Shown piece after piece: positions 48,213-61,109 of a DNA stretch of 64,000 bases. The DNA lies in NCBI GenBank assembly GCA_965603825.1, contig CBFDEM010000018.1, positions 434,001 to 498,000 on the forward strand, in the 5' to 3' direction. Numbering within the stretch: the first letter of the stretch is position 1; each line of letters starts with the position of its first letter. The position numbers and the translations under genes were made by a program. The notes under the pieces are model-generated. The model was not told where the DNA came from. It saw only the letters and a program-made list of their open reading frames with translations, and searched no databases. Source of the DNA: Blepharisma stoltei ATCC 30299. Its lineage: Eukaryota; Protista; Ciliophora.

Positions 48213-48456
48213 GTTTGTTATGTAAAGTAATGAATATAAAATTTTGAATTTGTTAAATTAAATTATAAAACCAAAAAAAGCTATAATTATAGATAGTCAG
48301 AGAGAAATTCATTGTTATTTGCAATTTATTAGTATATTTTATACAGAATGATTGTTTCAATAGCACCAAAGGCTATTAAAATACTCATTAAATTATTATG
48401 ATTTTTATATTGAAATTGGCTTAAATTCTAAGATATTTAACTCTTATAATCATTTC

Positions 48457-49875
48457 TTATAAATCTTGTTTCTTTTTTTCAATAAAATCAATAATAGAGC
48501 CTTCGGAAAGCCCTTTCTCATAGGTTATCTCTATAGCTTCCGTGTTTTTAATAAAATAAAACGAAGGGACCTGGGCTGGACTTATTGTTTTCGGCAAGCC
48601 ATTTTTAGATGCATTAATCTGGGCAATATTAACTTCAATTTTCTTGTTTTCCTTCAATTTCTTAATAAATAATTTTGCTTTTTCACAGCCTTCGCAATCA
48701 TCTGCAAACACCAACAAAAGAAACTCAATTTTAGGTTCATTTATTGCTTTTATCAGTGAAGTTCCTACATAATTTATTATTCCATCATTGTCAATAGGTT
48801 TTGGCAATTCTGATTTGAGGCTCGGGGAAATTTTATTATTTTCGAAATCTTTGATGGTGCTAGGAACCAAACCAGTGCTCAGTACTCCATGATATCCTAT
48901 TTTTTCCTTTTCTAAAATAAATAAATGAGTAGAGTTATCAATTGCTAATATAGGTAAATTCTATATAATAATTACATTCTTATCATATCCATATTCTGCT
49001 AAAAATCATGAATAATCAGCATACCTTGCGATGGCTATTTTATATTTTTCGCTATCAATTCTTAATAATATCTGAACTATATCCTTAAAATTGTTCTCTT
49101 CTTTTGAAGGAGAAATATCAGTAAATAAAGTAATTGAAGTTTTTCTTTCTGAAAGCAGCCCTTCTGTAAATGGAGTAAGCCATAATACTTTTCCAAAATA
49201 ATTCTTATAAATTTCATCTGCTAGTTTATCAATATCATCAATATTTTTTATTTTATAAGGATCTGATAAAGGATTATTTCCCAAAATACTTGGCCTAAGC
49301 AGTATGACTCCGTTTTCTATGTTAAAGTGTTTTGCAATGTCTTGGCTAAAAGTGTATCCGAAGCGATAAAATTGTTTAGCTGAAACAGCAAGACGGATGA
49401 ATTCCTCTTTGGCTTTATTGCCACTAGTAGAAAATACTCCTAAAACAAGCCCCTCAAATTTTAAATCATCCTCAAATTCTTTCAGAGTATAATATTCAGT
49501 TATTGGCTTAGCCATTCTACTTGTAGTGGCTCGAATTTCTTCAGGATCTATAGATCATAAATAAGCGAAATGATTTGTATCACCTTTTAAGGTACAAATT
49601 ATATGAGGTAAGCTAGTTATCGAAAACTCATTCTTTATCTGATCTTTATCTTCTTCTGGGATTTGATAGAGGCCAAAAACTGAATCAGTGGTAAATTCGC
49701 TATTCAGTAATGAATCTCTTAATGGCCTATAAGAATTAGAATCTTTGAGGGAAAAAACTAAAAACCGATTCTTATTAATGCTTTCACTAAGGAAAGCTCT
49801 TGCAACTTTTATATCTTGTATGTCAACTACTCCCACTACTACCTTTAGAAGAAATAGCAAAACCAAATAAATCAT
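48457..49875 (-). CDS. PDI-like ER protein (single CEGC site, KQDL end), 2 exons, 2 UGA
   Basis: Signal peptide, thioredoxin-fold spacing, LKSELPKP, FADDCEGC, INASKN, KQDL. Confidence 0.78.
48961..48975 (-). other. 15-nt intron GTAATTATTATATAG
   Basis: Removes an in-frame TAG between PDI-like segments; A at position 10. Confidence 0.85.
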
Positions 49876-49934
49876 GTTTCTATAATTATTAAAAAATGTT
49901 ATTTTTGCTAATAAAGCTGCATAATCTTAAATTA

Positions 49935-50819
49935 TTAGACACTTTTAGTCACCGAAGCCCCTGAAGTAGTCACTGCAGTTGATTCTGTTGTTTCATGCAA
50001 TGGCTTTTTATTGCATGCTTTATAAACTCTGACCCAAATAGTAAACACAATCAAAAACCAGCTGATTTTTTGTTTATATACCATTAGATTGTAAAACACT
50101 GCGTCCAAAAATTTTTCTTCCCCTTCATGCTTTTCTAATAATCTGGCAATTTTTTCAATAATAAAAAATTCATAAATAGCGACTACAGATCCACAAATAC
50201 ACATAGGGATCAAGATCCACTTATCTAAAAATATCGCCATAAGCACAAAGAACCCAATAAATATAAATAACGCCACAGCTCTTCCTCCATTATATCTATA
50301 ATGCCCCAAAGCAAGTTGAGAATACATTGCACAAGCATACATAGAAACGGCATAAAGTGCTAATAAAAGAGCTACTAATTCTGCTTTCCAAAACATCGCG
50401 ATGAAAGCTACCAAAACTGCCTCACTGAACATCAAAGTGGCTACAAAAAGGATACAAGAGCTTGAAACCCTTAGTCTCTTTTTAAAACGCCATATAATTA
50501 GGAAACAGACAATATAGACAGCAGCAGCAGCCACAGGTAACCATCATAATGGCCATATAAGCGGTACTAAAATAGTGTCAAAAATCCAAAACACAAAGGC
50601 TGCGATCATTCCAAATAAAGATTGGCTTGCTGCCATTGTAAGCACTAATGATGATAACGTAAATTTTCCTGGCATCGGCGCTGCTTTGATTTGTGTTCTT
50701 ACCCCCATATGCTGTTTTAGTAAAGGTCCCAAAGGAGCTCCGAACTGTTTTAAATCGAGAGCTGGGTTATTTGCTATAGGAAGCAATGGTGTTGTAGCAT
50801 TATCCTTATTATCTTCCAT
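49935..50819 (-). CDS. ~7-TM membrane protein, possibly Bax-inhibitor-1/TMBIM-like, 1 UGA
   Basis: Two track ORFs joined across TGA 50544; consecutive TM helices; family assignment tentative. Confidence 0.6.
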
Positions 50820-50856
50820 TTTATTAGGCAGATTTTAATTTGAAAACTAATTAGGC

Positions 50857-53211
50857 TTAGAGGTAAAAGAAGGTTAAAGCTAGTTTGGTGTCAAAGTCAG
50901 CTTTGGTGTATTTTCCTACCAGGTAAGCAATTTTATGAGCAAACATACACGGTGCAGGGACTCTGATTGCTCCTTGCCAGTTATAATAAGTGTGGCAAAG
51001 TCCATATGTTAACTCATATAAAGCCTTACACGGAACTTGGCTATCATTTACTATCACATTATAATGTGTCGGAGTTACTGTTCCTGCTGTTACACTATGA
51101 GAAATCATGTAAAAATTGTAATGGGGAACTACCACTTCGTCTTCAATTACAACCCCAGGGCTGGGATTTGATAAAACTCCGTTATTTTCTAAGAAAAACC
51201 TTTGGTTTATCCTTTTATTTACTATTACAGCCATAATTGAAGGGCTCCAATTCCTATCAAAATCCCTGATTGAGTTTACAAGCTGAGGGATTTCTATATT
51301 GACTACTTGGGAATACTGAGAAATCCCGACCCCATCTCTATATAGAATTATGCATTCTGGTTTTTGTTTTTTGTTATATTTATAGAACTCTTTTAGAGCG
51401 TCACGAAATATTGGAGCAAGAACTGTAGATATTTCTTGGATGCCATCATGAAAAGCAATACGATTATAATATTTCGTAAAATTGGCGTCGACTGAAGAGC
51501 TGAAGCCTAAAACACTACCAATTTTGGTCAAGCTGGTATCATGACAAACGTCGATCCCTACTACCATTGTCAGTGGAGGGATATTTCTAGGCACAGCAAT
51601 TGACCATTGTCCTGAGCCTATCTTTGTAGCCATCTGTGTCAAAATTTTTGAATAAATGCTATAGTCGTCTCTTTTCGCAGTCTCAATCAGCACTACTTGA
51701 CTAGGGATTGGTCTCTCTTTTGTGAGTAAAACCTTAATTTTTTCATAAAGCTTAGTAAAAGACCTAGGTATCAAAGTTACTATAAGCTGGGCATTTGGCT
51801 TTACATTAGTAAACAATGAATTAACAAGGTTTTCTTCAGTAAGTTTACCTGTAATAGGAATCGCCAGAGGGTTATTTATAAGAATCCCGCAGCCGTGGCT
51901 AGCTTCTCTAAGACCTGCAGTCAAACTTTTGGCGACTTCTACGTCTCTTTCAGGGTAAAAAAGCATCCATTTTTCAATTGACGCAGCATTTCTCAAAATT
52001 TTGTTTGTCAATTTAAATGAGCCATTATCGTTGACCCTGACTGTGCCTTCTCCTAGTCTTATAATAGGCTTTTCTAGCATAAGTCCTCGAGTGATTATTG
52101 GCTGTCTAGAGTACTGGATTTTTCAGTCATCAGGAGGTAGTGCTTCAAGCCTATCAGCAATGCTCTGGATTTTTGATTTTCGTTGGTCAGGTCTTAAAGT
52201 TGTAGTTAAGGCCAATTCTTTTCTAAATTGAGGAGAACTATCTAAAGAATCAGCGCCAGCAAGTTTGCATAACTCTGGGATCAGCTTTACAGGCACAGCG
52301 TTTTTCGAAATTTTCGCTAATAAAAGTGGCTGATTTCTGACTTTAATATCGATTTGATATCTTGTGCAGAAATAATCAGTGTAGCTGATTTCATCATTTC
52401 CTTTTGGAAATGTAGATGCAGGACTTTCCTCAAAAAGGACATCAATTATTCTGTAAAGTGCCTGGTTTCCATAGCTTGTCACTATAAGTGAGCCATTTAA
52501 TGTATTTTTAATAATTTCTCTAGGATTATTGTTTTGCTTTTTAGAAATTTCTTGGATTACGTCTAACACGTTATCCTCTCTTACAAGCTTAAAGGCACAG
52601 TCTAAAGTAATTTGTAGTCCTGAGCGCGCTATATTTACACTAGCAAAGTACCCAGGCCAGACTGTGACAGGGTATCTTTGGAGTGTTTTAGTGTTGTTTG
52701 GGTCATATAGATGACGGTCATTCCCAAGCTGAATTAAGCCAAGCGATTTTAGCTTCTCTTTGAGCAGTAAATTGAAGAACATAAGGGTAGCTTCATTCAT
52801 AGTCCCAAAGTCTTTGAAGTCAATAGTTCCAGCTTTTTGTATCCGAATTCCATATTCTTTTTCGTTTATGATAGAATTTACAGTTAGGATATTTTGACAG
52901 AAATCATAGAGCGCTGGGTCTGGACTGAGCTCTGGTGGCATCTCAAGGTTATTTAGTGAGAAAAAACACATGCCACAGTGAATGAACTTGTGAAGGAACA
53001 GGTTTATAGTGCTTCTTGAGTCTCTGACTATTCTGCGCATGAGAGACTTGTTGTTTAAATCGACATCTGGAAAGAACTCTAAACTGTAGATGTAGATTTT
53101 GAATGGAGGCAGGATGTGGAAAGAGTATTGATTTGTTATCAAGTCCACGCGGCGGTCTCTAGGACTTCTAATTAAAGTTGGGTGGGGTGGTAAAGCTCTG
53201 ACTAAGTTCAT
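50857..53211 (-). CDS. PIWI-clade Argonaute protein (784 aa), 1 UGA
   Basis: VWPGY linker, PAZ (YGNQ.YRI.D, QPLL, LIPELC), IPSQV, GIDVCH, YRDGVG, PTHY, CHTYYNW.G.IRVPAPC.FAHK, FFYL end. Confidence 0.95.
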
Positions 53212-53365
53212 TTAGATATTATATTAGACTTCAAGATACTCAAAAAAATCAGTGCGTTAAAATGGATTTTACTATTAAAATTTTATTAGTAAATATTTTA
53301 CTTAAAAGTTTAATAATTAAGGCTAGATAAAAACTATTAACAATACTATAAACTTATATTCACGA

Positions 53366-54346
53366 TTAATTCCAGAAATCCATTTGTGAAGTATGTGGAG
53401 AAAACACACTGCCTGCTGGGGTGGATAATGAAATTCTGCTATTCAGTCCTTGCATAAATGACGGAAAAGGACAATTCATGTATTTTTCTCTTGATGAATA
53501 TTTAGTGAAATCCAGTTTCAGAGGCCTGTGAGTGACTAAATCATACTTTACGTCATAAGGGTCAGGGATGTGCCTCAAATTTTCACTTTTCCTGCCTATT
53601 GATTTTTCTAGAGATATTGATTTGACTAGCTTTCTCAAGAAAGGCTCTTTGTTTGCCTCGTATTCTGGAGAGCAATCAGAAACCGTATGAAAATCTTTTC
53701 TTGATAGCTGCTTTGATAGGTCTGGAACCTTCACTTTTTTAAACTTTGTACACACTTCTGGCGATAAATTCTGCTGGATAAACCTTTTTTCATTAACAGA
53801 CAGATTATAAAACAATCCTCTATCCAGCTGCTTATTGAATGGAATTGCTGACTGCAGATGAGCACTATGATAATCATTATTTTCTATTTTTCTTTTGAAT
53901 CGAAATTCTTTTTCTGCCTCTGTTGTCGGCCTTCGTTCGATTTTTGCTTTAGTAAGCCTAGGCGACTGTATATGTTTTCTGGTAACTTCGAAATTTGGGT
54001 TATAATGGCCACATGGAGGTGCACAATTTTTCCCAAAAGTGTGTTTATAATAGTCATCACGCGTTTGCGCTTTAAAAAAAGATGACAATTTCGCAGCTTT
54101 CGGATAATTTTCTTCAGCAGCTGCTTGAATCATTTCTTCTTTTTTAATTAATTCACTTATCACAACCGCTTCTTTTGGCTCATCTTCCTCTTCTACCGAG
54201 CTGAACCTGAACTTTCTCTTCAGAGTTTTCCCTTTAATAATTTCTTCTCTTTGCCCTAAAATCATAAAGCGATCTGCGCTATTTTTGCCTATTCTCGAAA
54301 TCATTTTTGGGGTAAAATTGCTGCTTGGGGTAAATGTTTTTGACAT
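53366..54346 (-). CDS. Hypothetical basic protein (PPCGHYNP motif)
   Basis: 326-aa ORF with TAA stop. Confidence 0.65.
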   Translation of the reverse strand: MSKTFTPSSNFTPKMISRIGKNSADRFMILGQREEIIKGKTLKRKFRFSSVEEEDEPKEAVVISELIKKEEMIQAAAEENYPKAAKLSSFFKAQTRDDYYKHTFGKNCAPPCGHYNPNFEVTRKHIQSPRLTKAKIERRPTTEAEKEFRFKRKIENNDYHSAHLQSAIPFNKQLDRGLFYNLSVNEKRFIQQNLSPEVCTKFKKVKVPDLSKQLSRKDFHTVSDCSPEYEANKEPFLRKLVKSISLEKSIGRKSENLRHIPDPYDVKYDLVTHRPLKLDFTKYSSREKYMNCPFPSFMQGLNSRISLSTPAGSVFSPHTSQMDFWN

Positions 54347-54476
54347 TTTATGATTTTTTTATTATTTATTAATTAAATCTCAAATTGGAATAATTTTATT
54401 GTTTTTTATGGGCAGTTTATGAAACTAAGGAAATGAGAAAATTCCATTTCTGTTTGATTTTCAATTGCAAATATAA

Positions 54477-57400
54477 ATGGAAGACCCGATTATATGCTTT
54501 GGGGCATTTTTCTTCGGTCTAGCCATGGGTTTAGTGAGTTCCAAGCCTAATATAGCTCCAAGTCCTCAGGTGAACGCACAAGTTCCAGCGAAAAAAAGAA
54601 AACGCCATAGAAAACGTCATAGTGTGTTAATATCTCCGCCTCCTCTTGTTTTAGATGGTCCTTCTTCTTATGATATTCAAAAAGAAGAAATGGAAGCCTT
54701 AGCTGCAATATACGAAGAAGATCTAATAATCCTGAAGCCGCTCACAGAAAAAAGTGAAGCTTCGTATAAAATATTTTTACGTCCAAATTTAAGATCTTCC
54801 CAAGACACATTTTGTTCTGTATATCTATTGGTAAAATATTCAAATAAGTATCCTCAAATTGCTCCAGAAATTGACCTGATAAACTCAGTGAATATTCCAA
54901 TAGAAGTTATCAGAAGAACTAAAGAGCAGTCCATTTCTTTAGCAAATGAAAAAGCGAAGGTAAATGAGCCAATGATATACAGTATCTGTGAGCTGATCCA
55001 GTCTGAACTTTTAAACCAAAACTCTTTGCCCACAACTGTGCAGCCTTTTATTGAAGAGTCTAAAGTGAACTCAAACCTCATGGATGAAATATATGAAGAG
55101 TTTAAAAAAAAGCGAAAAAGGAAAGAATATGAAGAGCCAATGCAGCTGAACACTGTGATTGATATAAAAGAAATTGACAGACAGCTCGATATTGACCTTG
55201 AGCCTGGTGACTGCCACGCAATCAGCGGGTTTGACTACAAAAGATACTTTGATGAAGAAGTAAGGATCGGACAAGGTGGTGGCGGAAGTGTTTATAAAGC
55301 CAGAAACAAAATTGATAAGTGTTTTTATGCTATTAAAAAGATCAGATTAAAAGGGAAAAAGAAATCCTACATTAATTACATCTTAAAAGAAGTTTTATTG
55401 CTATCCAGACTTCAACATCAGCACATTGTGAGGTACCATAACGCCTGGTTTGAAGAAGAAACTGAAAGTGACAAAGAAGACGAAAGCAGCGAAAGCGAAG
55501 AGTCCAATGAATCAGAAAGCGAATCATCAGAAGAGTCCAGTGAGTCCAGCTCAAGTGAAGACAAAAACTGGATCCTTGCTTTTGAAAGGTCAAGTGGGCA
55601 TGTAGAACCTGTCGTCTGACAAGATGAAGGAGACATGACTTCTAATGCTAGCAAACTTTATATACAGATGGAATACTGCGCAGGAGACACGCTCAGAAGT
55701 GTCCTGGACGAACGTCTGCCAAGTGCTGTAGAAAATTGAAAAATGTTTAGGGAAATCTTACAAGGATTAGTTTACTTGCACTCAAAAGATATGATTCACA
55801 GAGACTTGAAACCTTCCAATATCTTCTTAGACGGTAATGGAGAAGTAAAACTTGGCGATTTCGGATTAGCTACGACTACAAATTTAAAGCAGGAAAAAAA
55901 AGATCAAAATAAAAATAAATCAGGGACGGAAAATTTCAGTGCAGGGGTGGGGACACCTTTGTACTGCTCTCCGGAACAGCTAAATTCAGGTAAGTATGAC
56001 CAAAAATCTGATATGTATTCATTAGGTGTTATTTTTTATGAAATGTGGAGAAATTTTGGATCAATGATGCAGAGGATTGATGAACTTAATCAGCTGAAAA
56101 ATGGACGGAAATTGCCAGAAGACTTCGAGAAAACGGTTTCCTCTGAAATTGTAAGAATCATTATGTGGCTGACTGATCCAAACCCAGAAAAAAGGCCGAC
56201 TGCTCAAGAGCTGCTACAAAGCGGCTTATTGCCACATAACATTGATAAGCAAGCTTTTGACGATTTTGTGAGGGTTTCACTGAATCCGATTAATACTGAA
56301 TATCGAATGCTGATGGGATCAATATTTTCTAAGCCAAACCCAAATACGTCAGAATATACCTATAACATGACAGAATGGATTACTGAAGCTCCAACAACAA
56401 AGAGGAGGAAGAAAAAGGTAGAAGCAATGCTGAGGAGCAATATCACAGGAAAAATTAGAAAGGTATTAAAAAAAGCAGGAGCAGTCGAGCTTGATGCACC
56501 ATTAATTTATCCTTTTTCAGGAAAAATTTCGGTCTCTTCGCAAGACCGCAAAGGTGTAACAAACCAGAAATTGATCGATTGCCACGAAAGCATACCCAGG
56601 TTTATGGACCAGTCTGGACTGATTGTTCAACTTAGTAACAACACTGTTTGCCCTTGGACCAGGATTATTTCAAGGAAAAATCTTGGAGGTATCCTTAAGC
56701 GATACTCAATTACAAATGTTTACAGAAATCATGGAGAAGGTGAACAGCCAGAACAGATTGCAGAAGCAAGTGTTGATATTCTCTATGACCCAGACTCTTT
56801 GGGAATGTATAAATATTGGTTTGAGGCTGAAATTATAAAGCTGACTCTACTGTGTATTGAGCAATTTAATAAAGAATTGCCACTAATTAAGGTTGCAGTC
56901 AGCGATTCTCGCATCTTGGATTCAATTTTTGATTTTTGTGAAATCCCTGCCGAAAAAGAGACGATGGAGTTGAGGCACAAAGTCCTAAGTACTTATGCAA
57001 GTATAAAAAGAAGAAAATGGGCAAAAGTGAAAGAAGATTTAATCAATTTAGGCATCCATTCTGGAACTGCTGAAAAGCTCGGGGCATTGTTTAAAATGAG
57101 AGGCAGCAGAGAAAGTATTATTGAAGGGTTAAAAAAGCAGCCGATTTGGAGAGATAGAGCACTGGTAAAGATTTTGGACGATGAGCTCAAAAATCTAGAA
57201 GAGAAAGCCAAAGAGTTCGGGTTCGATTTTGAAGTAGACCTAGGACTAGTTCCTGATGAAATCCTTCATTATTCAGGTCTCCTTTATAATATCAGTTCAC
57301 AACAAAATATCGCCAAAGGGAATAAAATTTCAAAAGAACGAGTAATTATTGCATCTGGTGGGCGGTATGACAATCTTCTTTCTCATTACGCATATCCTGA

Positions 57401-57950
57401 AGAGCTCAACAAAATAAAGCCAGGTCATATATGTGGGCTTGGTTCAAGGATTTTTATTGAAAAAATCTTTTTAATTCTATTTCAAGGAGACTTTGATCAT
57501 TTAGTCAAAGGTCCATTGATTTTTGTATCTTGTAATTCACAACTACAAAAATCATCAAAACTGCAAGACGACAATACCCTTCTCAACCGTGAAAAAATCA
57601 CCTTAATCTTAGAGCTCTGGAAAAAAGGCCTTGCTGCCATCTACAACTACAACGACATGTCAGACGAAGAAATCATCGACTCCTGCCGACGGTATCGCAT
57701 CAGATTTTGGGTGTCCCTAGAAATCGCTCCACAAGAAGAATCCAAAGACCTGATCAGAGCCAAAGTAAAAGACTTCGGCAGGGCCATCACAGACGAGTTC
57801 CGAAAGGACCGAAGCGATTTTGGCAAAGAGACGTCAAGAATCACCACAGACAGAAATGGGGTGCTAGGCTTCATACAGGATCGCATGAAGAAGCACTCAG
57901 GAGACCTGGCGATGACTTATCCACAAAGTGCTATGAAAGTGATTAATTAA
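54477..57950 (+). CDS. GCN2: eIF2-alpha kinase GCN2-like (RWD - kinase - HisRS-like), 1157 aa, 2 UGA
   Basis: RWD (EEMEALAAIY, YPQIAP), IGQGGGG..YAIKKI, LYIQMEYC, HRDLKPSN, GDFGLA, GTPLYCSPE, ASGGRYDNLL; TGA at 55617 and 55738. Confidence 0.9.
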
Positions 57951-57975
57951 ATATGAATTATTCTCTTAATAAGTA

Positions 57976-58587
57976 ATGGAGGAAGAACTCTTATTCAGAG
58001 TCATCATTGTAGGAGATACTGGGGTTGGGAAATCCTGCGTATTGTTAAGATTCAGCGAAAACATTTTTAAGGAGCAGCACAATGTGACGATTGGGGTGGA
58101 ATTTGGCACAAAAACTGTTAGGATTAATGATCAGCCTATAAAGTTACAAATTTGGGATACAGCAGGGCAGGAAAGTTTTCGAAGCATAACCAGGAGTTTT
58201 TATAGAAGGGCAGATGGCGTTTTATTAGTATATGACACAACCGCAAAACACACCTTTGAAAATTGTGAATATTGGCTAGATGAGATACGCCAAAATGCTT
58301 CAGCTGATGTTGTTTTATATCTAGTTGCCAATCAAGTTGACCTAATTGACTCTGGAGAAGCTAGAGAAGTTACTACAGAAGAAGGCCGGAAATTCGCTGA
58401 AAGACACCAGCTGGCAGGCTTTAAAGAGACTTCTGCTAAAAGTGGCCTTAATGTTGAAGAAACATTTATGGACTTCACAAGGGTTCTGTATGAGAGGTGG
58501 AAAGATAGGAAAGAAATAGAGCCAGCACCACAGCCGAAAATTGAGTTAAGGGCGACAAAGTTGAAGAAAAAGAAGAAATGCTGCTAG
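57976..58587 (+). CDS. Rab GTPase (Rab2/4/14-like)
   Basis: GDTGVGKS, TIGVEFG, WDTAGQESFRSITRSFYR, ETSAK, CC end. Confidence 0.93.
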   Translation: MEEELLFRVIIVGDTGVGKSCVLLRFSENIFKEQHNVTIGVEFGTKTVRINDQPIKLQIWDTAGQESFRSITRSFYRRADGVLLVYDTTAKHTFENCEYWLDEIRQNASADVVLYLVANQVDLIDSGEAREVTTEEGRKFAERHQLAGFKETSAKSGLNVEETFMDFTRVLYERWKDRKEIEPAPQPKIELRATKLKKKKKCC

Positions 58588-58610
58588 TTCTTTTGATTAT
58601 TTAAAATAAT

Positions 58611-60086
58611 ATGGATAGTGATATACACGGGGTCGTCGAAAAATACCTGACGTCTGGGCAAGATATTGATCAGATTTTAAAGGAAAATAAAGAAAGAATT
58701 CAGACTATCACGCAAGCCCTTCAGGATATCATGAATGCTGGGTATTTTGATATACTAAATAGTGCCCAGGATTTAGTAGACTTAGCAAACAGCCAAGACT
58801 GCAAGGCAAGCTTAAGTATCCCAGAGCCGGTTAAAATCCTAGAAAAACCTGATATGACTGAAAAAACAGAAATTTCTGAAATAATTTGGAGAGCTGTGGA
58901 CTGTGAAAAATACTTTGAAGCTATCGAAATGATAATAAAGGAAATAGAAAAAGAAAGGTCAGAAGAGCTTATAGATATCCTTATTTATATTTGTGACCCA
59001 AAACAAAGATCATTATTTTTAGAGGACGAGGAAAAGACCAGGGAATGGCTAGCTGGGTTTACGCTTATAATTAAAAATTTTGAAAAATTGCCTGAATTGG
59101 ATTTTGAGATTGGGAAATATTGTGAAGGCGATTTATCAGAATCTTTGTGCAGGTTTTGGCTGGAGCAGTTTAGTATATGTTTAAAACAAGTTACAGATAA
59201 ATCTAGCATAGATGATATCCAAAAAATTTTTTCTAAGGCAATTTCTGTACTAAAATATGAGTTCCACGAAGGAAAACTCCAAGATTTTTTGGCTAATAAG
59301 AGTTTTGATGTAAAAATTCACCTAGAAAACACAAGTAAGATAAGTGATTTTATATTAAAAGACTCATTAGAAGCTATAAAGCCACATATTGTCAATATTA
59401 TCCAAAACACACAAGATCTCAAAAAACTTATGATTTTTTTAACAAACAGAGAAAAAAGTGATTATGGCATTCCTGATTTATGAGACATAATCAAAGACGA
59501 CTGGCAAGAAAAATTAAAAAATATTACTATTGAAGCTTTATTTTTTTTAAATAATTTAAATGCAGAAGACTCTGAAAAAGACTTTGAAAAAAGGACTGAA
59601 GGTATAGTGGAAATATTAATGATGCTTAAAACTGAAGAATTTGCAGATTACTTTGAAGAGCTAAGAGAAGAGTGTATAGATAAGCTTAAGGAGGAATTAA
59701 AAAAATATGAAAATAAGCTCTATGTGGCTTGTCTGCTGCATCATTTGCAGACTTCTAAGTTTGTGAATACACTGTTCCAAGAGATTGCGCAGTTTTCAGA
59801 GCTTCAGGAGGATTATTTGATGGAATGGATAGAAAATTCGAAAAATAAAAGTGATTTTGAGGTAGCAAGAGAAGTTAGAAAAATGTGTGGGGATGACACT
59901 TTTATTTTGAAAGGGAAGCATTCGAGCTTATTAGAAATTTCGGAAGATAGAAAATTATTTGCTGATATTCTTGGATTACAAATATCAGAAAAAGAAAGTG
60001 AAAGCATTAGTCTGCCAGAGAAAAAGCCAAGAATTGAGAGGTTGCAGCTTCCTCCACGGTTTATTCCACATCTCATCCAAGCTTAA
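58611..60086 (+). CDS. Helical protein with Vps51/COG1-like N-terminus, 1 UGA
   Basis: LQDIMNAGYFDILNSAQDL..L and EIIW resemble the COG1/Vps51 N-terminus; ORFs joined across TGA 59481. Confidence 0.55.
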
Positions 60087-60263
60087 TAATTAACACTGAA
60101 ATTTATTTCTTAGGTTATTCAATAAAAACAGTTATTTTATCTGCAAATATCTGAGTTTTTATATAAAATTTTTGCAATAAAATATTATGATTCTATAGTA
60201 CCCATGTTTATGTAAAATTTTCACAAATTTTATTTTAAAAATTTCCCATTTCAGTCACAGAAG

Positions 60264-60863
60264 ATGAACTCAAATCTCCCTATCCAAATCAAAGTTGTAA
60301 TTCTCGGAGACTCCGGCGTTGGCAAATCCAGCATTATCTTACGTTTTGTCTATGACGACTTTAAAGGCGAAACAGATTCCACCATAGGAGCAGCTTACAA
60401 AGGCAAAGTCTACCAGCACAACAACTGCAATATCCAGTTCAATATTTGGGATACTGCAGGTCAGGAAAAATTCAAAAGTTTAGCAAAAATGTACTATAGA
60501 GATGCAACAGCAGCAATTTTGGTTTATGATATCACAAATTCACAGACCTATGATGGGCTGAAAGAATGATACAGAGAACTTAAAGAGTTTGGCCCAGAAG
60601 ATATTATTCTGTGTATTGCTGGAAATAAAGAAGACTTGGTGGATTCAGAAAGTGTGCAGCTTGACACTGTTGAAGAATTTGCAGAATCGATAGGAGCTTA
60701 TTATAAGAGGACTTCTGCAAAAACTAATTATGGAATTGATATGATTTTTAAAGAAATTGCTAATAAAGTATGTGCTGATAAGAGGACAACCCAACAGACG
60801 ATTTTAGGCTCAATGACACTTTTACAAGAAAATATACCTCAAAAGAAAAAAGGATGCTGCTAA
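60264..60863 (+). CDS. Rab GTPase (Rab5/21/22-like), 1 UGA
   Basis: GDSGVGKSS, STIGAAY, WDTAGQE, MYYRDA, LKE[W]YREL, GNKED, TSAK, GCC. Confidence 0.93.
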
Positions 60864-61109
60864 GAGATAATTTTTATTTCTTAAAATGCGTTTTTTATAA
60901 ATGAATTAATTTAATAATCACGAAATGCTTTAAAATTTCAAATAAAAATTTTGCGATTTTTAATAAGATAATTATTTAAAACAAGCATTATTCTTGTTTA
61001 AAACTAATAAGGTTGCATACGCTAAATATACTATAATACCAAATTTAAATAATTCACTATAGATTTTAAAGAAAGCTGCATTATATTGCTACGTCACATT
61101 ATTTACAAA

